Origin: Auanema rhodensis
Taxonomy: Eukaryota; Animalia; Nematoda
NCBI GenBank assembly: GCA_964057225.1
Contig: OZ059896.1
Span: forward strand, 6,634,001 to 6,698,000
Direction: 5' to 3'
DNA: 64,000 bases
Positions within the stretch are counted from its first letter, which is position 1. Every line of letters starts with the position of its first letter. The notes beneath the pieces are model-generated. The model did not search any database and had not been told where the DNA came from. It saw only the letters and a list, made by a program, of their open reading frames with translations. The position numbers were made by a program, and so were the translations under genes. Shown here piece by piece: positions 1 to 14,688 of this stretch.

Positions 1-3000
1 AAAGTCATCAAGGGTAAGAACACGATCAAGATTGGGCTGATCTCCAACACTCAGTTGAGGACTAACCACCATTTTTAAGAATGGACGAGATAACGGTAAA
101 TCCACTAATCGGCCATCTTGTAATACCTTGAAATTTGTTTTTTTATATAAAATTTGAATAAATCTATGTATACTTTAGCAAAGAAAATTCCAAGCGATTT
201 GAACATCTCCGCAGCCCGTCTGACTTCTTCGGTATGCGGTGGAAGGGGTGCTGGGAAAAGACCACCTGCTCTTCGAACATAGAAACTGAAACAAAAAATA
301 CTGTAAAACAACAAAATGGCTATCCTACCCCGGGGGCTTCTTTCCTTCTCCTAGGTCTAATTCACGCTCTTCCATTTTCAACTGATGTTCGTCCATATCA
401 TCGCACCACCAAAGAGCTAATGTTTTTCTTTGCAATTCGGCAGCAACAAGAGCATAAAACTCAAGTGTTGGACCTAAGCCTGTTCCTTCTTCTCCGTTGT
501 ATTCAATTTCCAAAACAGCTTTACGATCAGAATGGAATTTCATTAAACGTATAGCTTGTTCAAGAAGAACATCCTCAGAACGAGTAATCTACAAAGAAAA
601 CAAAATAAAAAAAATCAAATAAGTATATAAACCTTGATTCGTTCATGCTTCAGACGACCAATACGATACTCTTGATAACGATCATTACGAGCAGCACTGC
701 TAGCAGCACCTTGAGCAGCTCCTCTAGCTCTATCTGCTACCTGATCACGACGATTTTGAAGCCAAACGATAGCACGAGATACTCCGTATGCCGTAGCATT
801 AATGTACATGTTTCTGGAAGAAAACATTATAATTAATTAATATGTTTATTCTAACCTTGTTTCCATTGCGAAAAGGCAGGGATAAGCATATACTAATCGT
901 TCACACCAATATGGAAGAGCTCGGGAAGCCACAACGAGAGCATCAGATAATTCCTAAGTAGTAAATTAATAAAAAAAATGGCCAGCAAATATTTTTCATA
1001 CTTGTGTTAACTTTAGTGTTATCTTATCACTTATAAACACTTGGGGAGTGATCTGAGCATCAGGTAATTTTTCCATCACGCGTGCTAACAAACGAATTAC
1101 TTCCAAGCACTAAACAAAAAAAAATAACATTCGTTTATGGTGTGATATCACCTCATTGACAGTCTCTGGCACAGAATCATATTCTGAGGGCACTTCGTTA
1201 GCAATAGTAATGGGGGGACAAGATTGATCTTCATAAATTAATGTGTATGTTGGTTCCCAAACTCTACGATTTCTCTCAAATTTCTGGAATGAATAACATA
1301 AAAATCTTTTACGAAAAAGAACATACGGATTCCCATTTGATAAGATTGATAAGATCTTGCACATATCGGAAGATGCTCTCATTTTCATCTTTCATCTCAA
1401 TGGTAACATTAGGAATACCAGGCATATTAGGTCCCTTCAAAAACACCCGTAAGGAGCTCCCCTCATTCTGAAATTGTATAGATAATAAATATAATGGAGG
1501 TAAATAATACAATTGGTGCTTTTTGGGCAACTGTGTCAGGTACAACTGATGGTAATTCAACTTCTTGGGTTTGATTCACATTTGTTCTTCCTGGTCTAGG
1601 ATCAAAAGCAGGGATAAGAGCCTTAATTGAATATCATTAAGAGGCTCATCACATCTCTTCAAACCGGGAATGAGCATTTTAAGACAACTTCATCGTCCCA
1701 TCCCCTGACATTTCTGGAACTTGAACGAGATTCGCGGAAACGAGAGTCTAGTGTGTTGCCCATGATTTGCGAAAGCTAAAAAAAGTGCATGTATCACGGA
1801 AATAAAAAAATCGGATACCTGCTTCCAATTCAACTTATAAGCACTGTCTGTTTTAGATCCTCCAAAGACAGTTAAAAGAGATTCAACAGGGACATCAAGA
1901 TGGAATTCTTCGTCAATATCTTCTTCATTTCCATCTTCTTCATCATAATAGTCATCTTCATCAAGAAGCTCTTCTACTTCCAAAGGCGTGTTGCTAGGAT
2001 CCATTACCTAAAAGTAAGGTTAAATAAATGGATCAAACTAAGATTACACCGTTTGCATCAATCCGCGTAATACTTCAGCATAGCTTCCTAATTTTTGTTT
2101 CAGACTGGATCTTTCTTTGCGAATTGATCTGATAGTTGAAGTGCATCGAGATGCTGCAGCTTGGGCAAATCCTGACTGTGAAGTTTGTGGCGTATCTTTA
2201 CCAAGGTCCATAGAATCATCTAAACAATTGTTAATAACATTGGTCGGTGGTGTACACAAAATCCCACCTGTCAAAACAGCCCGAAGTTTTTCCATCAAGC
2301 ATTGGTCGGGATGTCCTGTTAATGCATCAACCACAAACTCTGCTAAATCTTTTTGGGAACTATCGTCGTCGTCATCATCATCTCTCTCTTCATCCTCCTC
2401 GACGGTCTTGTCCATTTCAAATGTGTCATTAGATTGTTGTCGTTGTCGCACAGCAGCTAAATTTGGAGCCGAAACTGACAAACTGCTCAATTTTGAATCA
2501 GCCTGAGGGTTCAGAACAACAGGAACATTCAAATCATGAACAATTTCGATTACAGAAGAACGAGAAGAAGACGTGGAAAGTTCGACATTGGAGCTGTTAG
2601 CACTTAAACTAGACAAAACGTGAGATCAAAGATAGGAAATTAAATACCTTTCCAAGGACTCAGATTCTTCAGCTCGAGGAGTGTCACATCCAGGTTCAGG
2701 AGTTTCAGACCCTTCAATGGCTTCAGATATTCTACCAAATGCATGTGTGTTTGCCCTGAAAACAACTTATAACTAGTATACTAAGAATTATTATTATTAC
2801 CTTGCTAGCAAGTTCTCCAATGAAGGAGTTTGATGTTGCAAAGATTCAGCAGAAGCTGCCTGGCCAGTAGAAGAAACCGATGGCCCAGCATGACTTCCCT
2901 CACGTGCTTCAACTAGATTAGTTGTTGACATTGATTTTTTCCCTGAACGATATATGGAAAATTGTTTTCAGAGTTATAAGAACACACCTATAGCAGAACT

Positions 3001-6000
3001 AGTCGGGGGAGTGCCGCTACCGGATGGTCCTGCATTTGTTGGTTTACAAAAACGCGAAAATGGTGTGATAGCACTTTTCTTTGGTCTTGCCGTGAAAGGC
3101 GTAAAATTGCTAAAGCTGGATAGAGGCGATGATGAATCACGAGCTTCTCGAGATTTAGAAATAAGATCACGACTTTTGGTTCTCATAGCATTCAATACTG
3201 ACGATGGCTGATTATCAGTTCGCTTCACATCAAATCGTCCATCAGCTCCAAAGCGATAAGAATTGGTATAGCCATTATCCCAACAGACATCAAGCCAACC
3301 TGAATCATTACACGTTTATTGTATAGAGTAAAAAAAAACAAAAACCATGTTGGTCGAGTAAAGTGACAATTTTCCCCTCCATTCCAGAATCTTGGTTATC
3401 CCATTTCCAGTCTGGACCTCTGACTACGCGAACACCTCGCAGGTCTTTGTCCCTGTTATCTTTTCTGATCATCCGCATTCTTAAGAGCCATATTCAAAAT
3501 GAAAAGAAAACGATAGCAAATCAAACCTGAAGCGACTAGAATTTCCCAATGATTCTGGGGTAAATCCTAGACGGAATTTATTATTGTTAGATCCCTGTGG
3601 TAGTTGGTTAGCAGCTATTGTAGTTTTCTAAAAAAATAAATTAAACACAGCAATCAAAAAAAAAAACAAACATCATCGACAGATGTAGACGGACTGTCCT
3701 TTTTACTTGATGAAGGAGTAGAGGTTTTTGATTTGGTCTGAAATAAATATTCATAAGTAAGAAAACAAAAAATAATTTACCTTTTCATCTTCTTTAGGAG
3801 TGAAATCATCGACAACTACATCGACAACCTCACCATATATTTCAAATCCGGAGAGACTGAGGTAGTATGTTTGTCCTGACGAGTTTTTTCCATTTTGAGC
3901 AATTTTTATATATCGGTAGGGTCCTGAACAAGCGATAATATGCACCGTAGATTCAGCATTCTTTACCTTTCTTTCTGTCATCTTCGATAGGCCAAGTGGC
4001 AGTAGATCCAGGATCCGAAAGACTAGCATCGTCAGAGTGAGCAACAAGAACATCCCAAACATTTTTATCTTTTGAAGCTTGAAGAAGCCAATTACGAAGT
4101 GAAGATCTCCCGTATCCTCGAGCATGTCGCAAGGTGTAAGCAGTTGGGTAAATACTAACACCGAGATCAATCATAAAATTAGAGTTCCTTAAAAGGAGAA
4201 TATAACAAAATATTAATAAAATAAGTATAACGTACTTGTCATCACTTGTATGGCAATTTATTGGATTACTTTCACGGCTCAAGATATCAGAAGGTTTGCC
4301 AAAAGGTTGTCGAGGATCCGAGCATGCACACTGAATGATAATACTAGTTTAAGAGAAATCTAAAGCTTAAATACCTGAACAATGTTAATAGTAGCAGGAT
4401 TCGTCCATTCTGACGCCGTTTTTCCATTTGTTCCAAGCCAGTAGATGATTCCTTCCTCATCAAAATCACTTGTGTAATTGAATTTAAGCGAATTTGAATC
4501 CCGAATTTGACGAACAAAATTGAAAGTACGTCTTTCTCTATCATACCTGAAAACGTTTATTGTAGGCGATAAGAAACTGAACACCGACCATTGCTTAGCA
4601 ACCATTTTTGATAGGAATGATTTCAATTGCCCAACACTTGTCACAGGTTCACTTTTTAGAATTTTGCCGGTTCGGTTCAAGAGTTGGCGATCTTGTTCAT
4701 TTTCGGTGCCCGAATATTCAAGCTTCATACGAATACGACGGCTGAGCAGTTGTAAACCAAATGCTGAACCACCGGGAGTATCATATAAATATTGAGGGAA
4801 TTTCTCATTTGCTTCCAATACTGCTACCATTTTACTTGCCAAGCAAGATAAGGCGGTACCCTCAGAAAATGCCTTCAGAAATTAAATGTTAGAAGAAAAT
4901 TTTTTAAATATGGTACCTCAGTAAATATTCTAGCGGGATAAGTAGTCGGATGGGAGTCTACCATAATAAGAACATCGAGTAACACCGGAATAGCCCCTGA
5001 CACAGAAAATTCAAATGTAGAGAGACGCCTTTCATCGATAACAGAATCCCGAATGACTTTCATAGCAGCAACAAGCTTTAAATAACTCAAATAAAACCAG
5101 TAACGACGAGAAAATATACCTCTTGAACTCTCTCGATTCTAGGTTGTCTCATGTGTTTATGTTTGATATCGGGTACGCCATAAACATCTATATCACGAGA
5201 AGCATCAACGACACTGCCAGCGATAACCCTAGCAGCCTGAACAACAAAGTTAGAAACATACTTCCGTTTACTTCTTACATTTTTCAGCTCAATAAGGGCA
5301 TCTCTAGGCTTCGCCCTAGCATCCTTCAAGTGATTATTCCATAATTCTAAAGCTAATTCTTGCACTTTTCGTCGTTGGATATCATTACGGAATTTCGCTC
5401 TTCGGCCAGTGACTCCTTGAGCGCTCCAGCCTGAAAAACAAGGGTTGTTATTTGCTAAGCGATTGAACCAAACCAGTATGGAATTCGCTAGGCAGAGCGA
5501 CATCGGGTAAATAGCTTTGCTTAACTTTCTCGCTATTCTCGAAAACAAATCCACCAGTTTCATCCTTCATGGTTATTTGGTTTAAGCCTTTGAGGGATTT
5601 AATTATTATCTCATTTGATTTTGAATAACTGATTTCCCAAAGAGGAACTTCCCACTGAAAATTTATGAATTTATCTCGACAAAATAAATTTTAAAAACAA
5701 ACCTTTTTGCTAGCAGAAGGAATGCTAACAAGATTGACACAGATACCGTCCTCAGGCCACAGCGCCTTTGCTTTTCTCCATCGTGCTACAAACATGCTGC
5801 GCTCTTCGGCTTTTTGTACAGGAGTGAGGGAGTTGCCAATGGTTCCATTTGTATAAATAACGTTATATTCACCGTTCATTAAAAAGTGGAACCAGCCATT
5901 GCTTCGGAACCTACAACAGAAATACTCGTAGAAAAATTATTAAATGAAAGAAAATACCCGAACTCCAAAGCAATAGTATCGTTCCAGATGAAAAAGGAAT

Positions 6001-9000
6001 CATCTCCTCTGGCAATTCTCCAATCTTTAATTTTATATGGAGTATTTATCTGGAGCCCTTGTTTTGATTTTTTCTCTTCTTTCGTTAATTGCGGCAACCC
6101 AGAGCTCATAGCATTAGTGAGAGCTGTAACAAACGATGACGCAGATGAAGCTTCACTAGAGTCTATGGTTGAGGAAGAGCTGGCCCCCTCTGTTGAACTC
6201 TGGAACTCAATCTTTGCTTTGCAAGTTTTAAGCCCAAACATACCGTAGAGTCCTTCTCATTGTCTACCATAATTCCAGAGCATGTGCTCTCATTTTCGGA
6301 TTCAGAGGTGGATATAGTCTTACTTGATCTAGCCATGATACTATACGCTGTTTCTTCGATAGTTTTAATCTCTCTCATGAAGTCTTCATAATCAATAAGA
6401 GATTCCTTAGCTAATGACCCCACTCTCTCAAAAACACCAAGACGTATGAGCTCCATTACCCATTGTTCGGGGTCTTTTTTTAGCAGTGATGATAAAATCT
6501 GAAAAAAAAGCAAACAGGTTCAAGATAGTAAACATGAGGTTTAGTATTCAATAACTTCATAATAATTAATATGATATTGAGCGCTCAATGCAAAATTGCG
6601 ATGAAATAATATCTCATCAAAAAAACTGAACAAATATTAGATGATTCCATAAAATCACATCAAAATTCATCAAAGAAACACTAACCAATAAAACTTGTTC
6701 CTGTCCATCATAATCATCCTCCTGATCAAGCACGGATACAACAACAGCTATCAATCTCTCAGAACTGTCCGGAATAGAAGAACTATTTGAATCTAAATGA
6801 ATAATTAGCAAGATTATATATTTTTTAAAACCCAACCTTGTTTTGATTTGAGATTGTCAGCTTGGACATGCTCAACAATTTTCCGTAATAACGACAATGA
6901 TGTTCGACGAACGCCACTAGATAATGTTTTCTGAAGAACAATAAAAATTAATAATATTAAAATGTTTAAAACCTGGAAAATTTCACAGAAAATTGGAAGA
7001 AGTTGTTGAAGAACACTTGAAGAAAGTTCGCGATCAGGTAAATCACTAACACTTGCTTCTCTACTCTCGGTAAGAGACTTGCTATCATCAGCTTCTGAAA
7101 ACAAAACACATAGTGGCAGGTTCACTTTTTCGTAATATACTTCCGTGCATATATACAGATGGTCCTTCCAAAAGCTGAGCGACTTGTGAGTGATCTTCAT
7201 CACTTCTTTCACGTGCTTTGTCCAAAGCGGTTTTCCCGTCTTCATCCCTGAGGTCAGGATTAGCTCCTCTTTGAAGTAATACTTTCACAATCTTGAGTGT
7301 ATTTCATGATTAACAAGTAGAAATAAATTCAACTTACATCTGGTCTTCCAAAACAAGATGCATAATGAAGGCTGCTGCTTTTATGACCTTTATTTACATC
7401 AGCACCCTAAAAACATTTGAGATAATGTTTATATTCAAGCAGGCAAACTCACCTTATCACATAAATACTGAACCATTTCGAGTGAACCAAAGGCAGAAGC
7501 CCAATTACATAATGTTTGTCCAACATCATCAGTGAAATTCACATCAACCTGTAAAAATTATAAGTTATGGCAAATAATTAGGGGGATAGCAACCATTCCA
7601 CTTTCAACAGCTTCAACAAGAGCTGAAAAATCTTTTTGACGAATGGCATCTATTAAATGGCGATGAGCTCTATCAGAATTTTGATTACTAGTTGACGGTT
7701 CTCCCGATATCTGAATCTGACAGATATAAACAACAAAATCAAAAAAAGCAGCATACTGGAGCCGTGTGAGGAAGGGCTTTCCTGCCATCGCATAATAGAA
7801 CAACAAGTAAATCCGCTAAACGTAAACCATCAGCAACACAACGATCGTCCTTATTTGTGAGAACAGCATGGATAGCGTCAATGAGATGCGATGAACTAAA
7901 GTAACCGGTATTGGTTAAATTTTATAAAAAAAAAGAAATGATTTAATACCTCAGAACCTGATCTGTTACTGTCGCACTTCCACGACACAAATTGCTTAAT
8001 AATGATAAAACAATTGAAAGAAAATTAGGTGAATGCTCAGCATCAGAAGCTAAAGTTGACAATAAATGTTCAACTAAATTACTGTGCGTTGCTAATTCTG
8101 CTGGATCCATCATTTTTCTTAAAAACCTATCAGTTAAAGCGGCAAAGCACCTAAGAGCACTTTCAGCAACCTATAATCATTTTATGTCATATATTGATTA
8201 GCATTTGCTATTCTCACTTTAGCATCCTCATGAGCTAGAAGCAAACCCAGACTTTCAGCACATTGTGGCAAATCAGCATCATTGGGTTCCATTTTTCCAC
8301 ATAATCTAGTCACCACAGTCATTGCCGAATGCATTGTATCCTACAATGATCATGATAAACAAGTTATATATAACCGCAAAAACCTTATGAATGCTTCCTC
8401 CCTGTTGTCGAACCAATGTCAGCATGGAGTTCATCCCCCCAGCTTCATAAACTGCTAATGTTTCTCGCTGACAAACATGCTCTAACAATTTGACGCACTG
8501 CTCAGCTTAAAAAGGGGACATTCAAACTTCTTTTAATATGTATACCAAACCTAGATCTTTACTAGCTCTTTCAAACATATCAGCAGCAGCCAAACGATGG
8601 CATATAGCTTTTATAGCACCTTCAACCTAAATACCCAATATCAGATACTATTCTTCAATTTCAACAGTGACAGGATGTGTCACGTGCATAAGAAATCATT
8701 AAAATTCAAACCTGAGTAATTCTTCGTGTGCATTCATTTGATACATCAAGATAATATGTGATTGCACGAGCTGTGACCTAAAGCAATTCCAAGATATTAT
8801 GAAATTTCTTTTGTCCATATATTTACCTCAAGAACATTGTCCGGCGCTGAGTCATCTAAGAAAATTTTGCATAAAGCAGGCAAGAATGTTCGTGGAGGAC
8901 ATGATTCAAAGCATCGATCAATATTATCCGACATAAGAAGAAGCATACATAATTGCTCCAATGCCATAAGCTACAACATTGTATAAAATTGATCGTCATT

Positions 9001-9114
9001 TCATACGAGAGAAGATTTTAACTATTTTCTTTAACTAATTACCTGAAGGTCCCTTTCCTCACCACTGCCTGTTTGAAGCCATTCTAATAAAACATCTGGA
9101 TCTATACCGTCCAT
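1..9114 (-). CDS. hecd-1: HECTD1-type E3 ubiquitin ligase (ARM, ankyrin, SUN, MIB/HERC2, HECT); multi-exon, 3' end beyond window start
   Basis: ATG at 9114 gives [61 protein letters not shown]. Later exons give ankyrin repeats ([24 protein letters not shown]), SUN-like [29 protein letters not shown]2 [14 protein letters not shown] and HECT start [29 protein letters not shown]. Confidence 0.95.
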
Positions 9115-9454
9115 TCTTTTCGAAAAAGGATGACTGCCGCAGAAACGCGAACCAGTCAATCCTCAGTCAGCAAACTGCTTTGCTAAAATCAAGAGAATCG
9201 TGATTCCTTTGTGTCAGGGCCATATAAGAAGATAACGACTTTCTATATATACGTATATATACAAAGTATATATGTATATATAAATATCAAAAAAGAGCAA
9301 AAATATTAGATATGGGATTTTTATATATTGATACGTCTATATACATGATATGTCAATGTTTATGCCTATAAAATTTAGTTACTAGTCTACTAATACAACA
9401 TAAAAGTCAAATAACTTATTTTGAGCAAAGGACTAAAGTCGCATGACAAAGTAG

Positions 9455-9915
9455 TGACACGCTGCGTCCTAAGACGCTATTCGGCGCCTGTAGGTCTCGT
9501 GCGCGCCTTCTCTAGGGGGGAATACGCGTTCCACCAGGGCTGAGGCTAAATGTGCAACCGGGCTGGCGCAATCGACACACACATACATACAGCCACACCA
9601 CACATAACATAGGAAAAGATGGCGAGAACGAGAGAGATAGAGAGTGAAAAATACGGAGGAAAGAGAGGATGGAAAGACACATATGAAGGGTAGACAGACA
9701 GAGTCGACTATCGACTCAGTCATCTCCTGTTTCTTTCTAGCTCTCTCGTTTCCTTGTTTGTCTGCACTCTCTCAAAAATTCGCGTTCTTTAAATTTTAAA
9801 TGTCTGTCTGTCTAGCAGTAGTCCTCACTCGCAGTCGTCCGCGGTCTTCGCCAGTCAAACTGCTTGCTTGTCTGCTTTCTTTCCTTGCTCTGCTGGTTTC
9901 TGAGTTGGAGCACTC
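9455..9915. promoter_or_regulatory. GC/CpG-rich promoter-like island between divergent hecd-1 and ion-channel genes
   Basis: Sharp rise in GC and CpG (GCTGCGTCC, GTCTCGTGCGCG, CCGCGG) with GA/CT-rich tracts, 350-800 bp upstream of the hecd-1 ATG, with very AT-rich flanks. Confidence 0.5.
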
Positions 9916-10601
9916 TTTGAAAAACACAGTAGTAATAATGTGTGTTGTTTTGTTGAAAGCAACTGTTAGCTAGGGATTGAGTGTGGCCTTGAAGCTAGGA
10001 TTTTTCTATGTATGTTGAACAAAGTATATGTTTGTTGGTTTCTATTATATTTGAGTCAGCAAAGTGAATTTGAATAAAAAAATATTGGAATGAGGCTTAA
10101 GAAGAAAATAAGTTTTATCAAAACAAATCCTTGCTTTTTCTTGTTTTTGTTTTTGTCCAATAGGAACATCGAATATTTTTAATAATGCTTATCGTGGATG
10201 ATTAGCCTATAAGCGAAATATTTCATATATTGATGATAATTTTCACTAGTCCTTAGCAAGCTGGATAAGAATTGCCGTGATAATTAACATTGGCAGGCCA
10301 TTTATTAAGCTTTTCTGAGAAGAACTTGCTGTTCGTTTGCAATTTCATGACATAAGGATTTTCTGTTGACATGTATTCAGGAATTTATAGTAATCATGAA
10401 TATCATTAAAGTTTTTGAAAAATTTTCAAAACAAATTGGGTATGATGAGGACGGAACGTATGTAGCCGAAGGTCGATTCTTGAAATTTTCCCTAATGAGA
10501 ACCAGTTCCGTAAGACGCCACAATTAACCACATACACACTTCTACATTTGTCTTTTCCTTTACGCGCTTTCGAACTCTAATCATCATGATAATCATACAT
10601 A

Positions 10602-13576
10602 ATGAATAGAATTGTCTTTATTCTCATTCTATTCGTAATTCCTACTGTGTTTTCTAATAAGAAAATAAATGATAAAAGTTTGTTTGTAATAAACGTCTTC
10701 CCTGTGACTCGAAATATGTTTAGATTCAAAATGGTTAAAATATTTAAAAGTCAAAGTATCTGTTGATGAAACTCACGAAGGAACGTCACCATTTTCACAG
10801 GTATATTCTCATATTTTTACTTTTTTGAAAAAGTAAGAAACTATATTGATAATTTTTAATTAATTCTGTTTTTTTTCTCTCGTTGTCTAACATTTTTTCA
10901 TCTTGAAAAGTATAGAAAAAATTCTCAAATATTCGAGAAAACAGATCTCATTAATTTAATTGGACTCGCTAATTCGAGAGGAAAAAAAGATGTAATTGGA
11001 TTCAAAAAAATAATTCATAAAGCGAAAGAAATTCTACTTCTAAGATATATAGAATGAAAGTGGAATTGAAAAAATTACAAGTACCGAAGGCAATGATCGT
11101 AACGATGATGAAAGATATTTGCAAATAGAGCTAATAGAACCAACAAGCAATGTCGATAAAGGCTTTATCAAAGGTAAATGTCCTGGTCGATGAAAACAGA
11201 CAATTTTGAAATAGACTCGATAGAAAATGAGATTGGAAATAGTGAGAATCAAAGGAATGAAAAAGAGCAGACGGCTTTCAATGGCAAAATTGATGCGAAT
11301 TCCATCAGTAGCCCAACAGACACGGTGACAACAATGGAAGAACAGGTGGTAGAAGAAGACCCGAAGGAACTGTCGTCATCGTCAGATAGCAGTATAACTT
11401 ACATAGTTCTAGACGAGAAAGGACGTGTAGGCCCCGATTTTGAAGTCATGGGTGAGATTAAGTTTTTATGAAACAAAATAAAGAAATATTCTAGAAATGA
11501 CAGTGGAACAACTCGATTTATCTAAAGATAACACACTCGTAGCTCATAAGAATATAGCTTTGTTAGAGAAAGAAGTTATGGTTGTTGATATAAGTAAGTA
11601 TGATGAGAAAGAACTTCGAGAGCGTCTGACGAATATTAGTAATCTCGAAGAATCGAAAGGAGAACGGCACAGGTTTGTTTAAATATTTGAAAGTGTTTTC
11701 TGAAGAAAACATTTTTTAAATCTATTTTTAACAATTTATTTAAGCAATTTAATAATGAATTAACACGTTTGCCAAGCAAAAATTTAAGAAAAAATGGAAA
11801 AATCAAATATATCTCTACTGATAATTTTATAAATGACGATATTTATTGTTTTCAATTAATTCTAATTTTGTAATACTTAAAAATTACGAAATCATACGTG
11901 AAAGATTCATTTTTTTCTTAAATAAATACTTTTTTTTATAATAATAAGAAGAATATGAAGAAGAAAAAGAAACAAATTTAAATTATAAAAGCTCAATTCA
12001 AAAGACTATTCAGAGATCTTGGTAGTAGTTTTATTCTACCAATATTGGCTGCTTGTGAATATGATAATAATTCTGCACCTTTAATATTCTCAGGTAAAAT
12101 GATTTTAAGAATGAAAAATTGAGATTTTTTTCAGATGTTCCTGTGAACGTGGTTGTACAATTAAATATTTTGTATTTAGCCAATTTTGATAGTGCTTTAA
12201 TGGAATATACAACTGACATGGAAATGCAATTAACTTGGTATGATTTAAGGTTTGGGTATTAAAACTTTATTTTTATAATATTTTATTTTTATGTTGGCTA
12301 ATAACTACACTCATCCTATTCGTATTCGAGAAAAAGAAATTATGGATAAAATTTGGAGGCCAGATCCATATTTTGTAAACTCAAAGTTCAGCTATTTTCA
12401 TCAAGTTTCTTTTCCAAACTTTCGAATGCGAGTCATGCCTGATGGTTTAGTAACATATACCATGAGGTTAATATTGATTTCATCCATATCTATATGAGAT
12501 TTGTATTTATATTTTCAAATTTATGAAAATATTATTTCAGAGTATCTTCAGTATGCAATTGCTTCATGACATTTTGCCTATATCCTCATGATCGTCAAGT
12601 GTGTGATCTGATAATAAGTTCAAGTAATTCTGTGTGAAAGTTCAACTTTATTACACCCTGTCTTCTTTTTTTAGTAGCTTATCCATCCTCGTTTGTACAA
12701 TTTCATTGGCATTCAGAACCAGTTCATTTCCAATCAAGAATAGCTTTGCCTGAACTACATTTAGAACGACTGTATACGGAACGCTGTCATGTAGAAGGAA
12801 AACTATGTAAGAAATATAATTTTAAATTAATAAAGAATATAGATATTATCGTATCTTTTAATTAATTTAATAATTATTATTATAGTACCATCATCTAGTC
12901 TCCGTCTTATTTTTGTTTTGGAAAGAGATGGTGGACGAGCTGTTGTGGAAAAATATATACCAAGCACCTTAGCCATGATGTTTGCTTGGGTTGCACCATA
13001 TGTGCCTTATAACTATGAAGAAGTTCGTATTGTTACTCCGATTACGGTAATGAGAAAAAAATAAAAACGAGAAGACATTCTAATAAAAAACTATATTGTC
13101 TTCAGGTTTTACTTACTCTTGTTCAAATGGAAAAAGGCGATCAAAAAATTCGTACATCATATCTTACTTCAATTGATGTATGGTTTGCAGCTATGAAGAT
13201 GTTTACTGTATTTTCATTGATTGAAAGTTTGACAGTTCTGGCATTGATTAAGCAAAGCCGAGCAATGGTAACTACTCATCAATCTTTAATGAATAGGATA
13301 AACGTTATTTTAGGAAAAAAATGCAACTAGAGCTTCAAACGAGTTTGAACGTATTCAGTGTAAAACAGAAGCTTATCGGTTGACGAAATTATATCATCGA
13401 CTGGATTCTATCTCTAGATTCGTATCTCCATTAGTAAAAAAAATTTTAAAATTAAAACTATAGATTCTATTTAGGTTTTTGTGTTGTTCTTCCTTTACTA
13501 CGTGCTCTTCATTGCGCAAGGTGATGAATCCGGATGCTTACGTAAGCAACAAATTTCCAATCCATTTTTTGTTTAG
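10602..13576 (+). CDS. Cys-loop ligand-gated ion channel subunit, divergent (LGC-32/33/34-like group), multi-exon
   Basis: Signal peptide MNRIVFILILFVIPTVFS, loop A KIWRPDPYFVNSK, Cys loop C-FMTFCLYPHDRQV-C (C-x13-C), M1 YIPSTLAMMFAWV, M2 RIVTPITVLLTL, M3 SYLTSIDVWFAAMKMFTVFSLIESL, M4 LDSISRFVSPLVFVLFFLYYV, TAG at 13574-13576. The N-terminal exon joins are less certain. Confidence 0.85.
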
Positions 13577-13643
13577 AAAAAATTAATCGAACAATGCTTA
13601 TCTTTATATTATTTTTTTGGTATTTTATTTAAGAGTATGTATA

Positions 13644-14623
13644 TTATTTTTGACATAATTTGGTGATAATTTTTCGAAATGTACTTCGAAAATCTCGTGA
13701 AAAAACAGCGTAGAGTAATGGATTGATAGCAGAATTGGAGTAACCCAACCAAAAGGCAACAGTGAATAATAAATGTGATATGCAATCCGGAACTTTGCAA
13801 AATCCATTAATCTAAAACATATGTTCTTAAGTAGTTCAAACTATAGTTTTAAGAAATATACCTGCATAACATATATACTAAAGAATGGGAACCATGATAT
13901 AATAAAAGCACCGACAACAATTGAAGTTGTTCGAGCTACTCTCATTTCAGCTGTACGAAGTGAAATACGTGATAATCGTGAATATGTTCGCATACTAAAT
14001 ATTTTATATAAAGAAAACATACAATTAATTGAAAACTTACGGAAGTTTTATGGTGGTATGAGTATTACGATCTGAGTTACGGACAACTCCGCCAATTACT
14101 GGAAGAAACAACGCAGCAGAGAATAAAGATCTTATATCAACATTTGTATCCTTTGTTTGTCTCACTATAATTTGTGAATATTGAGAAAGTGTATAAGGAG
14201 CAAGCTGTGTGTTAATCAGTGATATTTGAACGAATATGTAGGCGGATAAGCTTTTCACAAATAATTTTTGAAGCATAGAAGTGGTAATCAGGGTTGGACT
14301 AAGAGTTCACAAAACCAGTTATTACAATTATTTTACATACAGATCTTAACAACTATGATTTTTTATTGTTAAAAACACGATTTTTTTTGTATTTCTTTTA
14401 TTTGCATCTGTATGTCTTTTTTTGGTTGAAAAGAATGTTATTTTGGATTATTTTAATTATTCATATTCTTCAGAATTTTCACGTATTCAATACGAATTCA
14501 AATTCCAATTTTTCAATTAATTGATAGATGATTAATTATAAATGATCATCAAACTCATAAGAAAAACAAATTAAGTTTTTGTGGCTGAACCTCTGAAGAG
14601 AACCTCAAACATCTAGTTTAATT

Positions 14624-14688
<65 letters not shown>

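Noticed and set aside
9469-9723. 84-aa ORF or possible tRNA/SRP in the GC island upstream of hecd-1
   Set aside because: No A/B boxes, cloverleaf or SRP motifs; composition fits a promoter.
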